Shown: in pieces, positions 1 through 20,499 of the stretch | Position numbering within the stretch: the stretch's first letter is position 1 | How the letters are laid out: each line of letters starts with the position of its first letter | Assembly: GCA_002269645.1 (NCBI GenBank) | Contig: NIVC01000257.1 | Location: 372,001 to 436,000 of the forward strand | Source: Macrostomum lignano | Taxonomy: Eukaryota | Direction of reading: 5' to 3' | Length of the DNA: 64,000 nucleotides | Translations under genes and position numbers: made by a program | Notes under the pieces: model-generated | Told to the model about the DNA's origin: nothing | Seen by the model: the letters and a program-made list of their open reading frames with translations, nothing else | Databases searched by the model: none

Positions 1-19
1 GTACAAGTTCGCCGCTCAC

Positions 20-3000
20 CTGAGACCCGCTCCGAGTGTAGCCACTATGCAGCTTTGAAGTCTCCTGCGCCATTGTCGCCTCCTCCGCAAAGCCTGCGCC
101 GCCTCCGACCGCCGCCGCGCTCTCGTCAGCGTTGCTGCAATCGAATCTGTCAACCGTCTGGTCCGTCTCGTCCAAGAAGCGCACGTAGTCGGCCGGAAAC
201 ATGCCGAACCTGTCACCGCAGTAGCCTTCAAGGAAGACTTCATCGATTCGACGAGTGACAATCAGCCTGTCGCCCTGATTGAAGCTCAGCTCGCCGCCGA
301 TGTGAGCAGCCGCCACGGATTTGGTGGCGACGGCTTGGCGAGGCTGGTCAACACGAAGACTGCTGGATGCTTCATCAGCGCTATCCATCTCCGGCTTGAC
401 CAGGTGGGTCACGTCTTTCACGTGGGTCAGCGGGAAGGCTCCGGTCGGAGGGTCAGAGCGGCCATTCCGCTGCACGGGGCACAGGCGGCGGCCCAGCCAC
501 CAGTTGGAGTCGATGGCCTCAAGGCCGAGAATGACGTCACCGGGTGACATTGCTAAGTCTCCGGCTGCATCAGCAGGGAAGCTGTAGCCGCACCGGTACA
601 GACGCTGGCCCGAGCCTGACGGTGGAGATGCAACAGGTAGCTGACATCTGACAGTCTGACAGCCTGCGCACTGCACCCCTGACACTGTCCCCAACCCGAC
701 AGCCTACACCTGACACTGTCCCCAACCCGACAGCCTACACCTGACACTGTCCCCAACCCGACAGCCTACCCCTGACACTGTCCCCAACCCGACAGCCTAC
801 CCCTGACACTGTCCCCAACCCGACAGCCTACCCCTGACACTGTCCCCAACCCGACAGCCTACCCCTGACACTGTCCCCAACCCGACAGCCTACCCCTGAC
901 ACTGTCCCCAACCCGACAGCCTACCCCTGACACTGTCCCCAACCCGACAGCCTACACCTGACACTGTCCTCAACCTGACAGCCTACACCTGACACTGTCC
1001 CCAACCCGACAGCCTACACCTGACACTGTCCCCAACCCGACAGCCTACCCCTGACACTGTCCCCAACCCGACAGCCTACACCTGACACTGTCCCCAACCC
1101 GACAGCCTACACCTGACACTGTCCCCAACCCGACAGCCTACACCTCTGACACCGTCCCCAACCCGACAGCCTACACCTGACACTGTCCCCAACCTGACAG
1201 CCTACACCTGACAAGCTGTCCCCAACCCGACAGCCAACACCTGACACTGTCCCCAACCCGACAGCCAACACCTGACACTGTCCCTAACCTGACAGCCTAC
1301 ACCTGACACTGTCCCCAACCCGACAGCCTACCCCTGACACTGTCCCCAACCCGACAGCCTACCCCTGACACTGTCCCCAACCCGACAGCCTACACCTGAC
1401 ACTGTCCCCAACCCGACAGCCTACCCCTGACACTGTCCTCAACCTGACAGCCTACACCTGACACTGTCCCCAACCCGACAGCCTACACCTGACACTGTCC
1501 CCAACCTGACAGCCTACACCTGACAAGCTGTCCCCAACCCGACAGCCAACACCTGACACTGTCCCCAACCCGACAGCCAACACCTGACACTGTCCCTAAC
1601 CTGACAGCCTACACCTGACACTGTCCCCAACCCGACAGCCTACACCTGACACTGTCCCCAACCCGACAGCCTACACCTGACACTGTCCCCAACCTGACAG
1701 CCTACACCTGAGACTGTCCCCAACCCGACAGCCTACACCTGACACTGTCCCCAACCCGACAGCCTACACCTGACACTGTCCCCAACCCGACAGCCTACAC
1801 CTGACACTGTCCCCAACCTGACAGCCTACACCTGAGACTGTCCCCAACCCGACAGCCTACACCTGACACTGTCCCCAACCCGACAGCCTACACCTGACAC
1901 TGTCCCCAACCTGACAGCCTACACTTGACACTATCCCCAACCTGACAGCCAACACCTGACACTGTCCCCAACCTGACAGCCTACACCTGACAAGCTGTCC
2001 CCAACCCGACAGCCTACACCTGACACTGTCCCCAACCTGACAGCCAACACCTGACAAGCTGTCCCCAACCCGACAGCCTATACCTGACACTGTCCCCAAC
2101 CTGACAGCCAACACCTGACACTGTCCCCAACCCGACAGCCTGCACCTGACACTGTCCCCAACCCGACAGCCTACACCTGACACTGTCCCCAAACTGACTG
2201 CCAACACTTGAAACTGTCCCCAACCTGACAGCCAACACCTGACAAGCTGTCCCCAACCTGACAGCCAACACCTGACAAGCTGTCCCCAACCCGACAGCCA
2301 ACACCTGACACTGTTCCCAACCTGACAGCCTACACCTCTGACACTGTCCCTAACCCGACAGCCTACACCTGAGACTGTCACCAACCTGACAGCCAACACT
2401 TGACACTGTCCGCAACCTGACAGCCTATACCTGACACTGTCCCCAACCCGACAGCCTACACCTGACACTGTCCCCAAACTGACTGCCAACACTTGAAACT
2501 GTCCCCAACCTGACAGCCAACACCTGACAAGCTGTCCCCAACCTGACAGCCAACACCTGACAAGCTGTCCCCAACCCGACAGCCAACACCTGACACTGTT
2601 CCCAACCTGACAGCCTACACCTCTGACACTGTCCCTAACCCGACAGCCTACACCTGAGACTGTCACCAACCTGACAGCCAACACTTGACACTGTCCGCAA
2701 CCTGACAGCCTATACCTGACACTGTCCCCAACCCGACAGCCTACACCTGACACTGTCCCCAAACTGACTGCCAACACTTGAAACTGTCCCCAACCTGACA
2801 GCCAACACCTGACAAGCTGTCCCCAACCTGACAGCCAACACCTGACAAGCTGTCCCCAACCCGACAGCCAACACCTGACACTGTTCCCAACCTGACAGCC
2901 TACACCTCTGACACTGTCCCTAACCCGACAGCCTACACCTGAGACTGTCACCAACCTGACAGCCAACACTTGACACTGTCCGCAACCTGACAGCCTATAC

Positions 3001-4043
3001 CTGACACTGTCCCCAACCCGACAGCCTACACCTGACACTGTCCCCAACCCGACAGCCTACACCTGACACTGTCCCCCACCTGACAGCCTATAACTGACAC
3101 TGTCCCCAACCTGACAGCCTATAACTGACACTGTCCCCAACCTGACAGCCTATACCTGACACTGTCCCCACCTGACAGCTAATAACTGACACTGTCCCCA
3201 ACCTGACAGCCTACACCTGAGCCTGTCCCCAACCCGACAGCCTACACCTCTGACACTGTTCCCCACCTGACAGCCTATACCTGACACTGTCCCCACCTGA
3301 CAGCTAATAATTGACACTGTCCCCGACCTGACAGCCTACACTTGAGACTGTCCCCAACCCGACAGCCTTTACCTGACACTGTCCCCCACCTGACAGCCTA
3401 TAACTGACACTGTCCCCCACCTGACAGCCTATAACTGACACTGTCCCCAACCTGACAGCCTATACCTGACACTGTCCCCACCTGACAGCCTATAACTGAC
3501 ACTGTCCCCCACCTGACAGCCTATACCTGACACTATCCCCACCTGACAGCCTATAACTGACACTGTCCCCCACCTGACAGCCTACACCTGACACTGTCCT
3601 CACTTGACAGCCTACACCTCTGACACTGTTCCCCACCTGACAGCCTATACCTGACACTGTCCCCACCTGACAGCTAATAACTGACACTGTCCCCACCTGA
3701 CAGCCTATAACTGACACTGTCCCCCACCTGACAGCCTATAACTGACACTGTCCTCACTTGACAGCCTACACCTCTGACACCGTCCCCACCTGACAGCCTA
3801 CACGACAAAGGAAAACAGAAGCAGAAAAAAGCTCATACCAATGTTAAGCTGGCCACCCGGCAGTTCGGCAGCAAAATTCATGGGGAAAATGCCCTCAGCC
3901 TCGGTGGCAAGCGACACTCCGCGGCCCCAATCGCATCCGGGCAGGCGGTCAAGAAGCGCCACGCAGTCGCCGGGTCGCAGCTCGAGATCCTCGTCCGGCC
4001 TGTCCGGCGCGAACGCGTGCGAGGCCACGTAGAGACGCGGCAT
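20..4043 (-). CDS. Multi-SH3 domain protein, 5' part (3 N-terminal SH3 domains, DNMBP/Tuba-like architecture); continues left of window
   Basis: Exon 1 4043-3839 (ATG; LYVASHAF..DLELRPGD..DWGRG..EGIFPMNF; donor G|GTATGA, phase 1). Exon 2 663-20 (acceptor GCGCAG|, donor CAG|GTGAGC) reads open through two more SH3 domains (RLYRCGYSF..DLAMSPGD..NWWLG..GAFPLTHV; GELSFNQGD..FGMFPADYV). Phases match. Confidence 0.85.
675..3800. repeat. 31-bp minisatellite (~100 units) filling the SH3-gene intron; includes a ~285-bp 9-mer higher-order repeat x3
   Basis: Unit CCTGACACTGTCCCCAACCCGACAGCCTACA. Variant pattern recurs every ~285 bp between ~2190 and 3050. Confidence 0.95.
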
Positions 4044-4221
4044 CGTTGGGGCGGCTGGGAGGGCGTGCCTCAGTTGGCTGGTGCCGCTTGCGCTGCGGGG
4101 TGCCCGGCGGTTATGGGAGGGGGGTTGTGAGAGTGCTTTTGCGCTTCCATTATTTGCCTTATGCGGCTAATGGGTTAGGCTATCTTAGTCTAATATATAT
4201 TTCATCCCATACCATTCTGAC

Positions 4222-4665
4222 ACGCCAAATCCCCATCCCATATGATCCCCGATGCTAAATCCCCATCCCATATGATCCTTGATTCTAAATCCCCATCCCC
4301 ATGATCCCCAATGCTAACTAAATCCCTATCCCATATGATTCCCGATGCTAAATCCCATCCCATATGATCCCCGATGCTAAATCCCATCCCATATGATCCT
4401 TGATGCTAAATCCCCATCCCCATGATCCCCGATGCTAAATCCCCATCAGCCATATGATCCCCGATGCTAAATCCCCATCCCATATGATCTCCGATGCTAA
4501 ATCCCTATCTCTATGATCCCCGATGCTAAATCCCCATCCCATATGATCCCCGATGCTAAATACCCATCCCCATGATCCCCGATGCTAAATCCCCATCCCA
4601 TATGATCCCCGATGCTAAATACCCATCCCCACGATCCCCGATGCTAAATACCCATCCCCATGATC
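4222..4665. repeat. ~30-bp minisatellite
   Basis: Unit CCCCGATGCTAAATCCCCATCCCATATGAT. Confidence 0.9.
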
Positions 4666-5132
4666 TATTGTTACAAAGAAGAAAAGCAACAATGGCGGAA
4701 CCATGCAGTTAAAATAATAATTTTATGTTAATGGTCACATTTCCTACAGCGAATCAAATAGAAAGCCAAAACAGAGTCGAGCAAGATGAAAAATGGGGTG
4801 GCGTTCTGGAGCAAAGCCGGCAACAAAAGGAAAGCAAGATAATAAATACCAAAACTTTCTAAAGTCTGCTTGCGCAAGAAAGAGAAGCAGATTTCCAAGC
4901 AAAACAGATGCAGAACAGATCCTTCTAAAAGCAAGTTAACGCTATACAAAAAGTAATAAACGAAACCAATTTAAAAGGTCGTTTTGCCAAACCAAAAACA
5001 CAGAAAAATTGCAAAATTATATCTTCAATTGCGAGTTGGACCCTACAAAATTTACCACACTGTATAATCGGAGGCTTTCAAGTCTCGTTTCTTAGAAAGC
5101 ATGGAGGCCTCTTGGAGGATTGGGGAACGGAC

Positions 5133-5640
5133 GGCTGAAGGATTGTGGGGCAGCTGAAGGATTGGGGGCAGCTGAAGGATTGGGGGGGCGCTGAAGGATT
5201 GGGGGCAGCTGAAGGATTGGGGGCAGCTGAAGGATTGGGGGCGCTGAAGGATTGGGAGGCAGCTGAAGGATTGGGGGGCAGCTGAAGGATTGGGGGGCAG
5301 CTGAAGGATTGGGGGCAGCTGAAGGATTGGGGGGCAGCTGAAGGATTGGGGGGCAGCTGAAGGATTGGGGGGCAGCTGAAGGATTGGGGGCAGCTGAAGG
5401 ATTGGGAGGCAGCTGAAGGATTGGGGGCAGCTGAAGGATTGGGGGGCAGCTGAAGGATTGGGGGGCAGCTGAAGGATTGGGGGGCAGCTGAAGGATTGGG
5501 GGGCAGCTGAAGGATTGGGGGGCAGCTGAAGGATTGGGGGGCAGCTGAAGGATTGGGGGCAGCTGAAGGATTGGGGGAGGGCAGCTGAAGGATTGGGGGG
5601 AGGCAGCTGAAGGATTGGGGGGCAGCTGAAGGATTGGGGG
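5133..5640. repeat. 19-21-bp G-rich minisatellite
   Basis: Unit GCAGCTGAAGGATT(G)5-7. Confidence 0.9.
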
Positions 5641-6279
5641 TTAATACAGATCAGGGAAATATCTATAGCTGCAGATGTATATCAGAGGATTGGGCCAGCG
5701 TGGTGTTACATAAGATGTCAAACAACACAGAAGCAAGAAGCAAATCTTAGTAAAGCGATAAAAAATTAACAGTTTCTATATTTCGAATCATAAGCACAAG
5801 TTTCTATCAAAAGTACAATGTTAGAGATATTGATTTTCAGTAATTAAATATAACAATTTCAATAATGAACAAATGGTTAATACCGTGCAGCTATCAATCA
5901 GCAGAAAGCAAGCCAAAGTGCGGGAAGCAGGCAGTCAAAATATTTTCTATTGCTATGATGAAAAGCTTGAAGATAAATTTCACTGTACCAACAATGTTAT
6001 TCTTATTAGGTCTATTGTGAACACGTTGGTTAATTTTTGTTTCAAAATAAGAAAATACTTCGCTCTGGGAGCAATGCTTCGTGGCAGGGGGCCAACCGGG
6101 TAGCTTAACAGAACAAAATCTGCTTCAAAAAATATCTTTTTTAAAAGAAAATTTGTTATGTTATGTTCTAATATAAAAATATATATATGCTTACTAAGCA
6201 ATCGCACATTCAACAAAAGGTAAAATATTACGGGCACAAAAGTTGTATCAGGATTGATGGATTGCGACTTTTATATTGA

Positions 6280-6760
6280 TCTTTTTGCCTAGCAATGGGT
6301 TTCGATGAAACATCTAGGTCCGTTTGGTTGCCTAGCAACAAGCTCGATGAAACATCTGGATCGATCTGGTTGCCTAGCAACGGGCAAGATAAAACATCTG
6401 GATCGATCTGATTGCCTAGCAACGGGCCCGATGAAACATCTGGGTCGATCTGGTTGCCTAGCAACGGGCACGATAAAAAATCTAGGTCGATCTGGTTGCC
6501 TAGCAACGGGCACGATAAAACATCTAGGTCGATCTGGTTGCCTAGCAACAAGCTTGATAAAACATCTGGATCGATCTGGTTGCCTAGCAACGGGCACGAT
6601 AAAACATCTAGGTCGATCTGGTTGCCTAGCAACAAGCTTGATAAAACATCTGGATCGATCTGGTTGCCTAGCAACGGGCACGACCGCACGATAAAACATC
6701 TGGGTCGATTTCGTTGCCTAGCAACGGAACTAATGGCCATTCTTAGGCCGTTTGGTTGCC
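6280..6760. repeat. 42-bp minisatellite whose units each carry an RFX X-box (GTTGCCTAGCAAC)
   Basis: Perfect GTTGCCTAGCAAC at 6327, 6369, 6453, 6495, 6537, 6579, 6621, 6663, 6713; variants at ~6285 and 6411. Confidence 0.85.
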
Positions 6761-7139
6761 AAGTAGGATCGTTCATTTTACTCGTACTTGGAACTGTTAG
6801 AACAATAATGTCATTATTTAGCGACTGGGTAGTACTTAGCAGTGAGGGAAAAATATTGAAAGTTAAATAATAATAAGCAATGTAATAAGAACGAAGTTAT
6901 TTCAAAACTCTATGAGATCGGTTGCCTCAAACTACACGAGAATCTATAGCAACTAGCAAGATGGGCCACGCAGAATAAATAGAACGCCTTGGTCTATAGT
7001 CACCGCTTGAATGGAACAAATAAACAATCCAAAACAGCAAAAATATTAAGGAATATATGCCCGACTTTAATTATTCGCATCTATGATTCATCAAATTTTC
7101 TTTGCTCCTTTTATACTCCTTTTAAATTGCTCTCTTATG

Positions 7140-7296
7140 GGACAGAGACGGCAGACAGTCAGACAGAGACAGATAAACAGACAGACAGTTAGACAGACAG
7201 AGAGACAGACAGATAAACAGTTAAACAGACAGGCAGACAGACAGACAGACAGTTAGACAGACAGTCAGTCAGACAGACAGACAGATAAACAGTTAA

Positions 7297-7351
<55 letters not shown>

Positions 7352-7446
7352 CACACAGACAAACACACAGACAGACAGACAGATAAACAGTTAAACAGAC
7401 AGACAGACAGACAGACAGACACTAAGACAGACAGATAAACAGTTAA

Positions 7447-7479
<33 letters not shown>

Positions 7480-7512
7480 TAAACAGTTAAACAGACAGAC
7501 AGACAGACAGGC

Positions 7513-7581
<69 letters not shown>

Positions 7582-7582
7582 G
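7140..7582. repeat. (GACA)n compound microsatellite just 3' of the Smad stop codon
   Basis: Direct reading. Confidence 0.95.
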
Positions 7583-7604
7583 GCAAACCCGCAGCACAGG
7601 CTAC

Positions 7605-14621
<7,017 letters not shown>

Positions 14622-14649
14622 TAAATCTAATTTGCCTAGCAACTGCTTA

Positions 14650-14945
14650 TTATAGCGGTTCTTAATGGTGTTTATAGCGGTTCCTAAGGATGTTTAAATA
14701 TACCGATTCTCAAGGACGTTTATAGCGGTTCTAAAATGCGTTTATAGCGCTACTCAAGGGTGTTTATAGCGGTTCTCAAGGGCGATTATAGCGGTTTTAA
14801 AGGGTGTTTATAGCAATTTTCAAGGATGTTTAAATATACCGATTCTCAAGTGTGTTTATAACGATTCTCAAGGGTGTTTATAACGATTCTCAAGGGTGTT
14901 TATAACGATTTTCAAGGGTGTTTATAACGGTTCTTAAGGGTGTTT
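14650..14945. repeat. 22-bp minisatellite upstream of Smad
   Basis: Unit TTTATAGCGGTTCTCAAGGGTG. Confidence 0.85.
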
Positions 14946-15496
14946 ATACGTTTATCCCATTGTCAATTAGTGAAAAATTTTATAACAAAATAATCAAGAC
15001 ACAGCTTTGAGAATAATGAGAACAAGCACTCTATTTTGAAAAAAGCATAATTAGTATAAATCCGAATACAATTTTGAAAATCAATTTAGGCATGCAGAGA
15101 AAATTGCTAGTGGCAAATGGATAACAATAGCTGAAATAGAAAAATCTGAGATTTCATAAATAGCGCGCCGGCCTGCTTATTGCATTTTAATGAGTTTAAA
15201 TTAACAAAGGAAATTTCATAAACCTGTATTTTAATACTCTGTTGTTTTAACACTTATGTTCGGAATGTTAGCGTTTTGAATGGTGCCCAAAACTTCATTA
15301 ACATGGCTTTGGAAGCTTCGAAACTGATAAGCGAATATTTAAAAGTACACTTTGATCTCAGATCTTGATCTCTTCTGCGAGGGGTGCTCTTATATCTTCG
15401 AAATTTCATATCACTGACAAGGTTAACTTATAATTCTAACGGAGATATGATGGACATAAATTTTGGAATAGAGAAAGAGGCTGCTAAAAATGAAGT

Positions 15497-15688
15497 ATAT
15501 CGGAGATAAGAATTGTCGGAGATGTGAACTGTCAGAGATATCAAGTGTCGGAGATATCAAATGTCGGAGATATCAAATGTCGGAGATATCAAGTGTCGGA
15601 GATATCAAGTGTCGGAGATATCAAGTGTCGGAGATATCAAGTGTCGGGGATATCAAGTGTCGGAGACATCAAATGTCGGAGATATCAA
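15497..15688. repeat. 16-bp minisatellite
   Basis: Unit GTCGGAGATATCAAGT. Confidence 0.9.
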
Positions 15689-15825
15689 ACTCCCCCATTT
15701 TTGCGAAAGGATTTCTGATCCTTACTAATCGGATAAAAAACCAGCAATTTTGATTCTTTTTAAAATCCAAAAATCTCCGATTACAAATCCTTAACAATTT
15801 CATATTTCAACCCAGGCGGCATCAA

Positions 15826-17465
15826 TCATCTGTCGGCGGTCAGGCTGTCCATCTCCAGCAGCAGGCCGGCCCGATCGACGGGTAGCTCGACGCCGATCCG
15901 CAATCCGGCCAGCCAGGCGGCCCCCAGCGCCGCGCCACCGCTGTCGGCGCCGCCGTTGTCTCTGAAGCGAACCAGCCGGAGGGGCACCGGGCAGCCACGC
16001 TGTCGAAGGGCTTCGACGAAGCCCGGCCGGAGCAGCGCGTAGCTCAGCCACACGGAGCCGGCGCACACCACCGTCAGGCGGCCCGACCCATCCAGCAGGC
16101 GCTGAAGGCTGCCGACTTCTCCGCTGTCAGCCGCAGCTGCCCGCCTGACGACCGCGATCACGTGACCAGCTAATTCGGCGCCGGCGTCGGCGAACACGCG
16201 TCTAGAAATGCGAATGGGATAAATAGGATTTTCTTAACAGCAGAATGGGATTTCGATTGATCAATGGGATTTCAGATTGATGAATGGGATTTTCTAAACA
16301 GCCGAATGGGATTTCAGATTGATGAATGAGATTTTCTAAACAGCCGAATGGGATTTCAGATTGATGAATGGGATTTTCTAAACAGCCGACTGGGATTTCA
16401 GATTGATGAATGGAATTTCAGATTGATTCGTGGGATTTCAGATTGAGCAATGGGATTTTAGATTGATGAATGGGATTTCAGATTGATAAATGGGGACTTC
16501 AGATTGATAAATGGGATTTCACATTGATAAATGGGATTTCAGATTGATAAAAATGGGATTTCAGATTGATAAATGGGATTTCAGATTGATAAATGGGACT
16601 AACATTGTTACTTTGCTAACGACAATCACTTAGCTAAGAAGTCCATGCCCCAACCCCAATCTAACCTAGCCAGTGCATCGCCGCCGTCAGCAGCGAGGCG
16701 AGCCAGCTTGGCAGTCAGGGCGGCCACTCGCGACTTCTCAAAATTGGTGTACAAATGCGACAAAATGCCGTCGTAGTCCGTTATACCGAAGTGCTGAAAG
16801 GCGGCATCGCGGACGGCCTCGACCGGCTCCGGACAGGTGCGCAGTCCGTCCCGGTGGTCCCACACGGCTTTGATCGCCCGCTGGGCAATCCAATAGGCCG
16901 AGCCCTCGTCCCCTAGCATGTAGCTCCAGCCGCCGCAGTGCAGAGTAGCCGAGCCGTCACGACTGCTCAGACAGCAATTCGACCCGGTGCCGGCTATGAC
17001 CACAACCCCGCCGGAGTCGCTAGCGGCGGCAACAGCGCCGACGCAATCGTTAACGACAGCCAGCTGACAATCGGCTGACAGATCCGGCAGGCGCTGTCGC
17101 AAAGTCCGCTCCATCTCGCTGGCATTGTCCGCGTTGCTGATGCCGCTGAGCGCCATGCCGACTCCGGCTACGTCGCCGATTTTGACGCCGGCGTCGGTCA
17201 GTAGGGCGTCGATGCCGACGGCTAGCCGGTCGGCGCAGACAGAGAAACCGTCAAGCCAGTGGTTGGTGCCGCCGGCGCTGGCTCGGCTGAGCAGGCGGCC
17301 AGAGCCGGCCTCGGCCAGGCACAGCTTCGTCACGCTGGCGCCGCCCTCTACGCCAATTAGCAGGCGAGGCCGATCGGCGGCCTCTGCCGACTGCTGCTGC
17401 TCAGCCTGCAAAATTGCAGCGGCGAGCGATGAGCGGCTCAGTGGATTTTCACTGTTTGTTTGCAT
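15826..17465 (-). CDS. NAGK: N-acetyl-D-glucosamine kinase (BadF/BcrAD-type sugar kinase)
   Basis: Exon 1 17465-16666 (LIGVEGGAS, VVIAGTGSNC, GGWSYMLGDEGSAYWIA; donor AG|GTTAGA). Exon 2 16201-15826 (acceptor TTTCTAG|; VVCAGSVWLSY; SGGAALGAAWLA). Phase 2 junction consistent. Confidence 0.9.
16240..16600. repeat. ~20-bp minisatellite in NAGK intron
   Basis: Unit AATGGGATTTCAGATTGATG/A. Confidence 0.9.
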
Positions 17466-17544
17466 TCCTAATCACTAGGGGAGAGATTTGTCACGTGATT
17501 GAATTAAAATGCATTTCCTCGAATCTTTCCACTCAGCAAGCGAG

Positions 17545-17950
17545 TGAATGAGTGAGTGAGTGAGTGTGTGAGTGAGTGTGAGTGTGTGTGAGTGAGTGTG
17601 AGTGAGTGTGAGTGAGTGTGTGAGTGAGTGTGAGTGAGTGTGTGAGTGAGTGAGTGAGTGAGTGAGTGTGAGTGAGTGTGTGAGTGAGTGTGAGTGAGTG
17701 TGTGATTGAGTGTGAGTGAGTGTGTGAGTGAGTGAGTGAGTGAGTGAGTGAGTGTGAGTGAGTGAGTGAGTGAGTGAGTGAGTGAGTGAGTGAGTGAGTG
17801 AGTTAGTCAGTCAGTCAGTGAGACAGTCAGTCAGTCAGTGAGTCAGTGAGTCAGTCAGTCAGTCAGTCAGTCAGTCAGTCAGTCAGTCAGTCAGTCAGTC
17901 AGTCAGTCAGTCAGTGAGTCAGTCAGTGAGTCAGTCAGTGAGTCAGTCAG
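17545..17950. repeat. (GTGA)n / (GTCA)n compound microsatellite
   Basis: Direct reading. Confidence 0.95.
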
Positions 17951-18898
17951 TAACTCAGTTTTTGATTACTTTAAGTGATACAGAAGTTACATTACCAGAG
18001 CATTGCTGCTTAATATGTTTTCTAAATGTATCTGTTTATTTTTTGTTTTGCTGTTCCACTGGACTTACAAGTGTGAACTTCAAACTCTGACTCTGCTACT
18101 GGAAGGTCAAAGTGCATTTGCACACCAAGGCTGTCTGGGAACTGCGCTATAAAACTTGCTATCAAATGCTGCATTACAGTTTAGAAATGGCATCTGTTTC
18201 TACTAAATATGAAAGGGTTTTGTGAGCTTTTATAAGTACATTGTGATTGCAGCTGCAATTCAAAATCAAAAGAGGCCAGTGCCACTTTATGAGTTCCCAC
18301 TCACTGTCACCCCTGAGGCATGACCTCACCTGTGGGCATACACATTCTGAAGTTCTACATAATTGCACATAGGCATATTGTACATTTACTTTCGTTCTTG
18401 ATCCTTACTATTACTATAAGGGTCACAACTTGAAATAGATTAGCATAGATATAGATATATATGTATAGGTGATAGATAGAAAGATAGAGATCTAGAGATG
18501 ATAGATACGAGTACATATAGATTGCCAAAAAAATATAAATATATAGAGTAGACATTCTAAATGGGTATACTTTTAATGGTTTCATAGGCTTAATAGGCTG
18601 CATCTTATTGTATCCCAAGGATCAAGATTTATTAGAGACCTATAACAAATGCATTAAGAGCTCCATTGTTAAGATATTGTTAAGATTAAAATATGGTATA
18701 TAATTTGCTAGTGGTATTCTAGAAAATATGCTGTTATACTAGATTTTTTATTAACAGTATATTTATCTTAATTTTGGCTAAAATTCAACCCTATTGAAAT
18801 AGGGCCTGAGTCTTCATTTTATAGACACTATCTGGCCTACAAGGGCAGACTTGACCTGGCGGCTTTACCCAAGAAAGGGTATGTGTAAAATGTAAGCA

Positions 18899-20490
18899 AA
18901 ATGGAGCCTGAAGCATTGGGTCCCAATTTCTCTATGTCAATCCTTTCATTTGGAGCCAAATAGCTCCCGTTATGCCAAAAACCTGACCATTTTAGCATTT
19001 GGGGATCTCTATAAAGAGAAATGAGATAAATGGGGATTTCATATGAACTTAAGGCTCTAGAATGGAGCCTGAAGCATTGGGTCCCAATTTCTCTATGCTA
19101 ATCCTTTCATTTGGAGCCAAATAGCTCCCGTTATGCCAAAAACCTGACCATTTTAGCATTTGGGGATCTCTGTAAAGAGAAATGAGATAAATGGGGATTT
19201 CATATGAACTTAAGGCTCTAGAATAGAGCCTGAAGCATTGGGTCCTAATTTCTCTATGCTAATCCTTTCATTTGGAGCCAAATAGCTCCCATTATGCCAA
19301 AAACCTGACCATTTTAGCATTTGGGGATCTCTGTAAAGAGAAATGAGATAAATAGGGATTTCATATGAACTTAAGGCTCTAGAATGGAACCTGAAGCATT
19401 GGGTCCCAATTTCTCTATGCTAATCCTTTCATTTGGAGCCAAATAGCTCCTGTTATGCCAAAAACCTGACCACTTTAGCATTTGGGGATCTCTGTAAAGA
19501 GAAATGGGATAAATAGGGATTTCATATGAACTTAAGGCTCTAGAATAGAGCCTGAAGCATTGGGTCCTAATTTCTCTATGCTAATCCTTTCATTTTGATC
19601 CAAATAGCTCCTGTTATGCCAAAAACCTGACCATTTTAGCATTTGGGGATCTCTGTAAAGAGAAATGAGATAAATGGGGATTTCATATGAACTTAAGGCT
19701 CTAGAATAGAGCCTGAAGCATTGGGTCCTAATTTCTCTATGCTAATCCTTTCATTTGGAGCCAAATAGCTCCTGTTATGCCAAAAACCTGACCATTTTAG
19801 CATTTAGGGATCTCTGTAAAGAGAAATGAGATAAATGGGGATTTCATATGAACTTAAGGCTCTAGAATGGAACCTGAAGCATTGGGTCCCAATTTCTCTA
19901 TGCTAATCCTTTCATTTGGAGCCAAATAGCTCCTGTTATGCCAAAAACCTGACCACTTTAGCATTTGGGGATCTCTGTAAAGAGAAATGGGATAAATAGG
20001 GATTTCATATGAACTTAAGGCTCTAGAATAGAGCCTGAAGCATTGGGTCCTAATTTCTCTATGCTAATCCTTTCATTTGGAGCCAAATAGCTCCTGTTAT
20101 GCCAAAAACCTGACCATTTTAGCATTTGGGGATCTCTGTAAAGAGAACTGAGATAAATGGGGATTTCATATGAACTTAAGGCTCTAGAATAGAGCCTGAA
20201 GCATTGGGTCCTAATTTCTCTATGCTAATCCTTTCATTTGGAGCCAAATAGCTCCCGTTATGCCAAAAACCTGACCATTTTAGCATTTGGGGATCTCTGT
20301 AAAGAGAAATGAGATAAATAGGGATTTCATATGAACTTAAGGCTCTAGAATGGAACCTGAAGCATTGGGTCCCAATTTCTCTATGCTAATCCTTTCATTT
20401 GGAGCCAAATAGCTCCTGTTATGCCAAAAACCTGACCACTTTAGCATTTGGGGATCTTGTGGGGAGAAATGGGATAAATAGGGATTTTAT
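18899..20490. repeat. 161-bp satellite, ~10 copies with a trimeric higher-order pattern
   Basis: Unit starts at 18901, 19062, 19223, 19384 ... 20350; the ATGGAACC variant recurs at units 4, 7 and 10. Confidence 0.92.
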
Positions 20491-20499
20491 ATAAACATT

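Noticed and set aside
1857-3047. 396 aa minus-strand ORF
   Set aside because: 31-bp minisatellite higher-order repeat within an intron.
18899-20490. CRISPR-like array interpretation of regular repeats (here and elsewhere)
   Set aside because: Units are contiguous with no unique spacers, there are no cas genes, and the context is eukaryotic.
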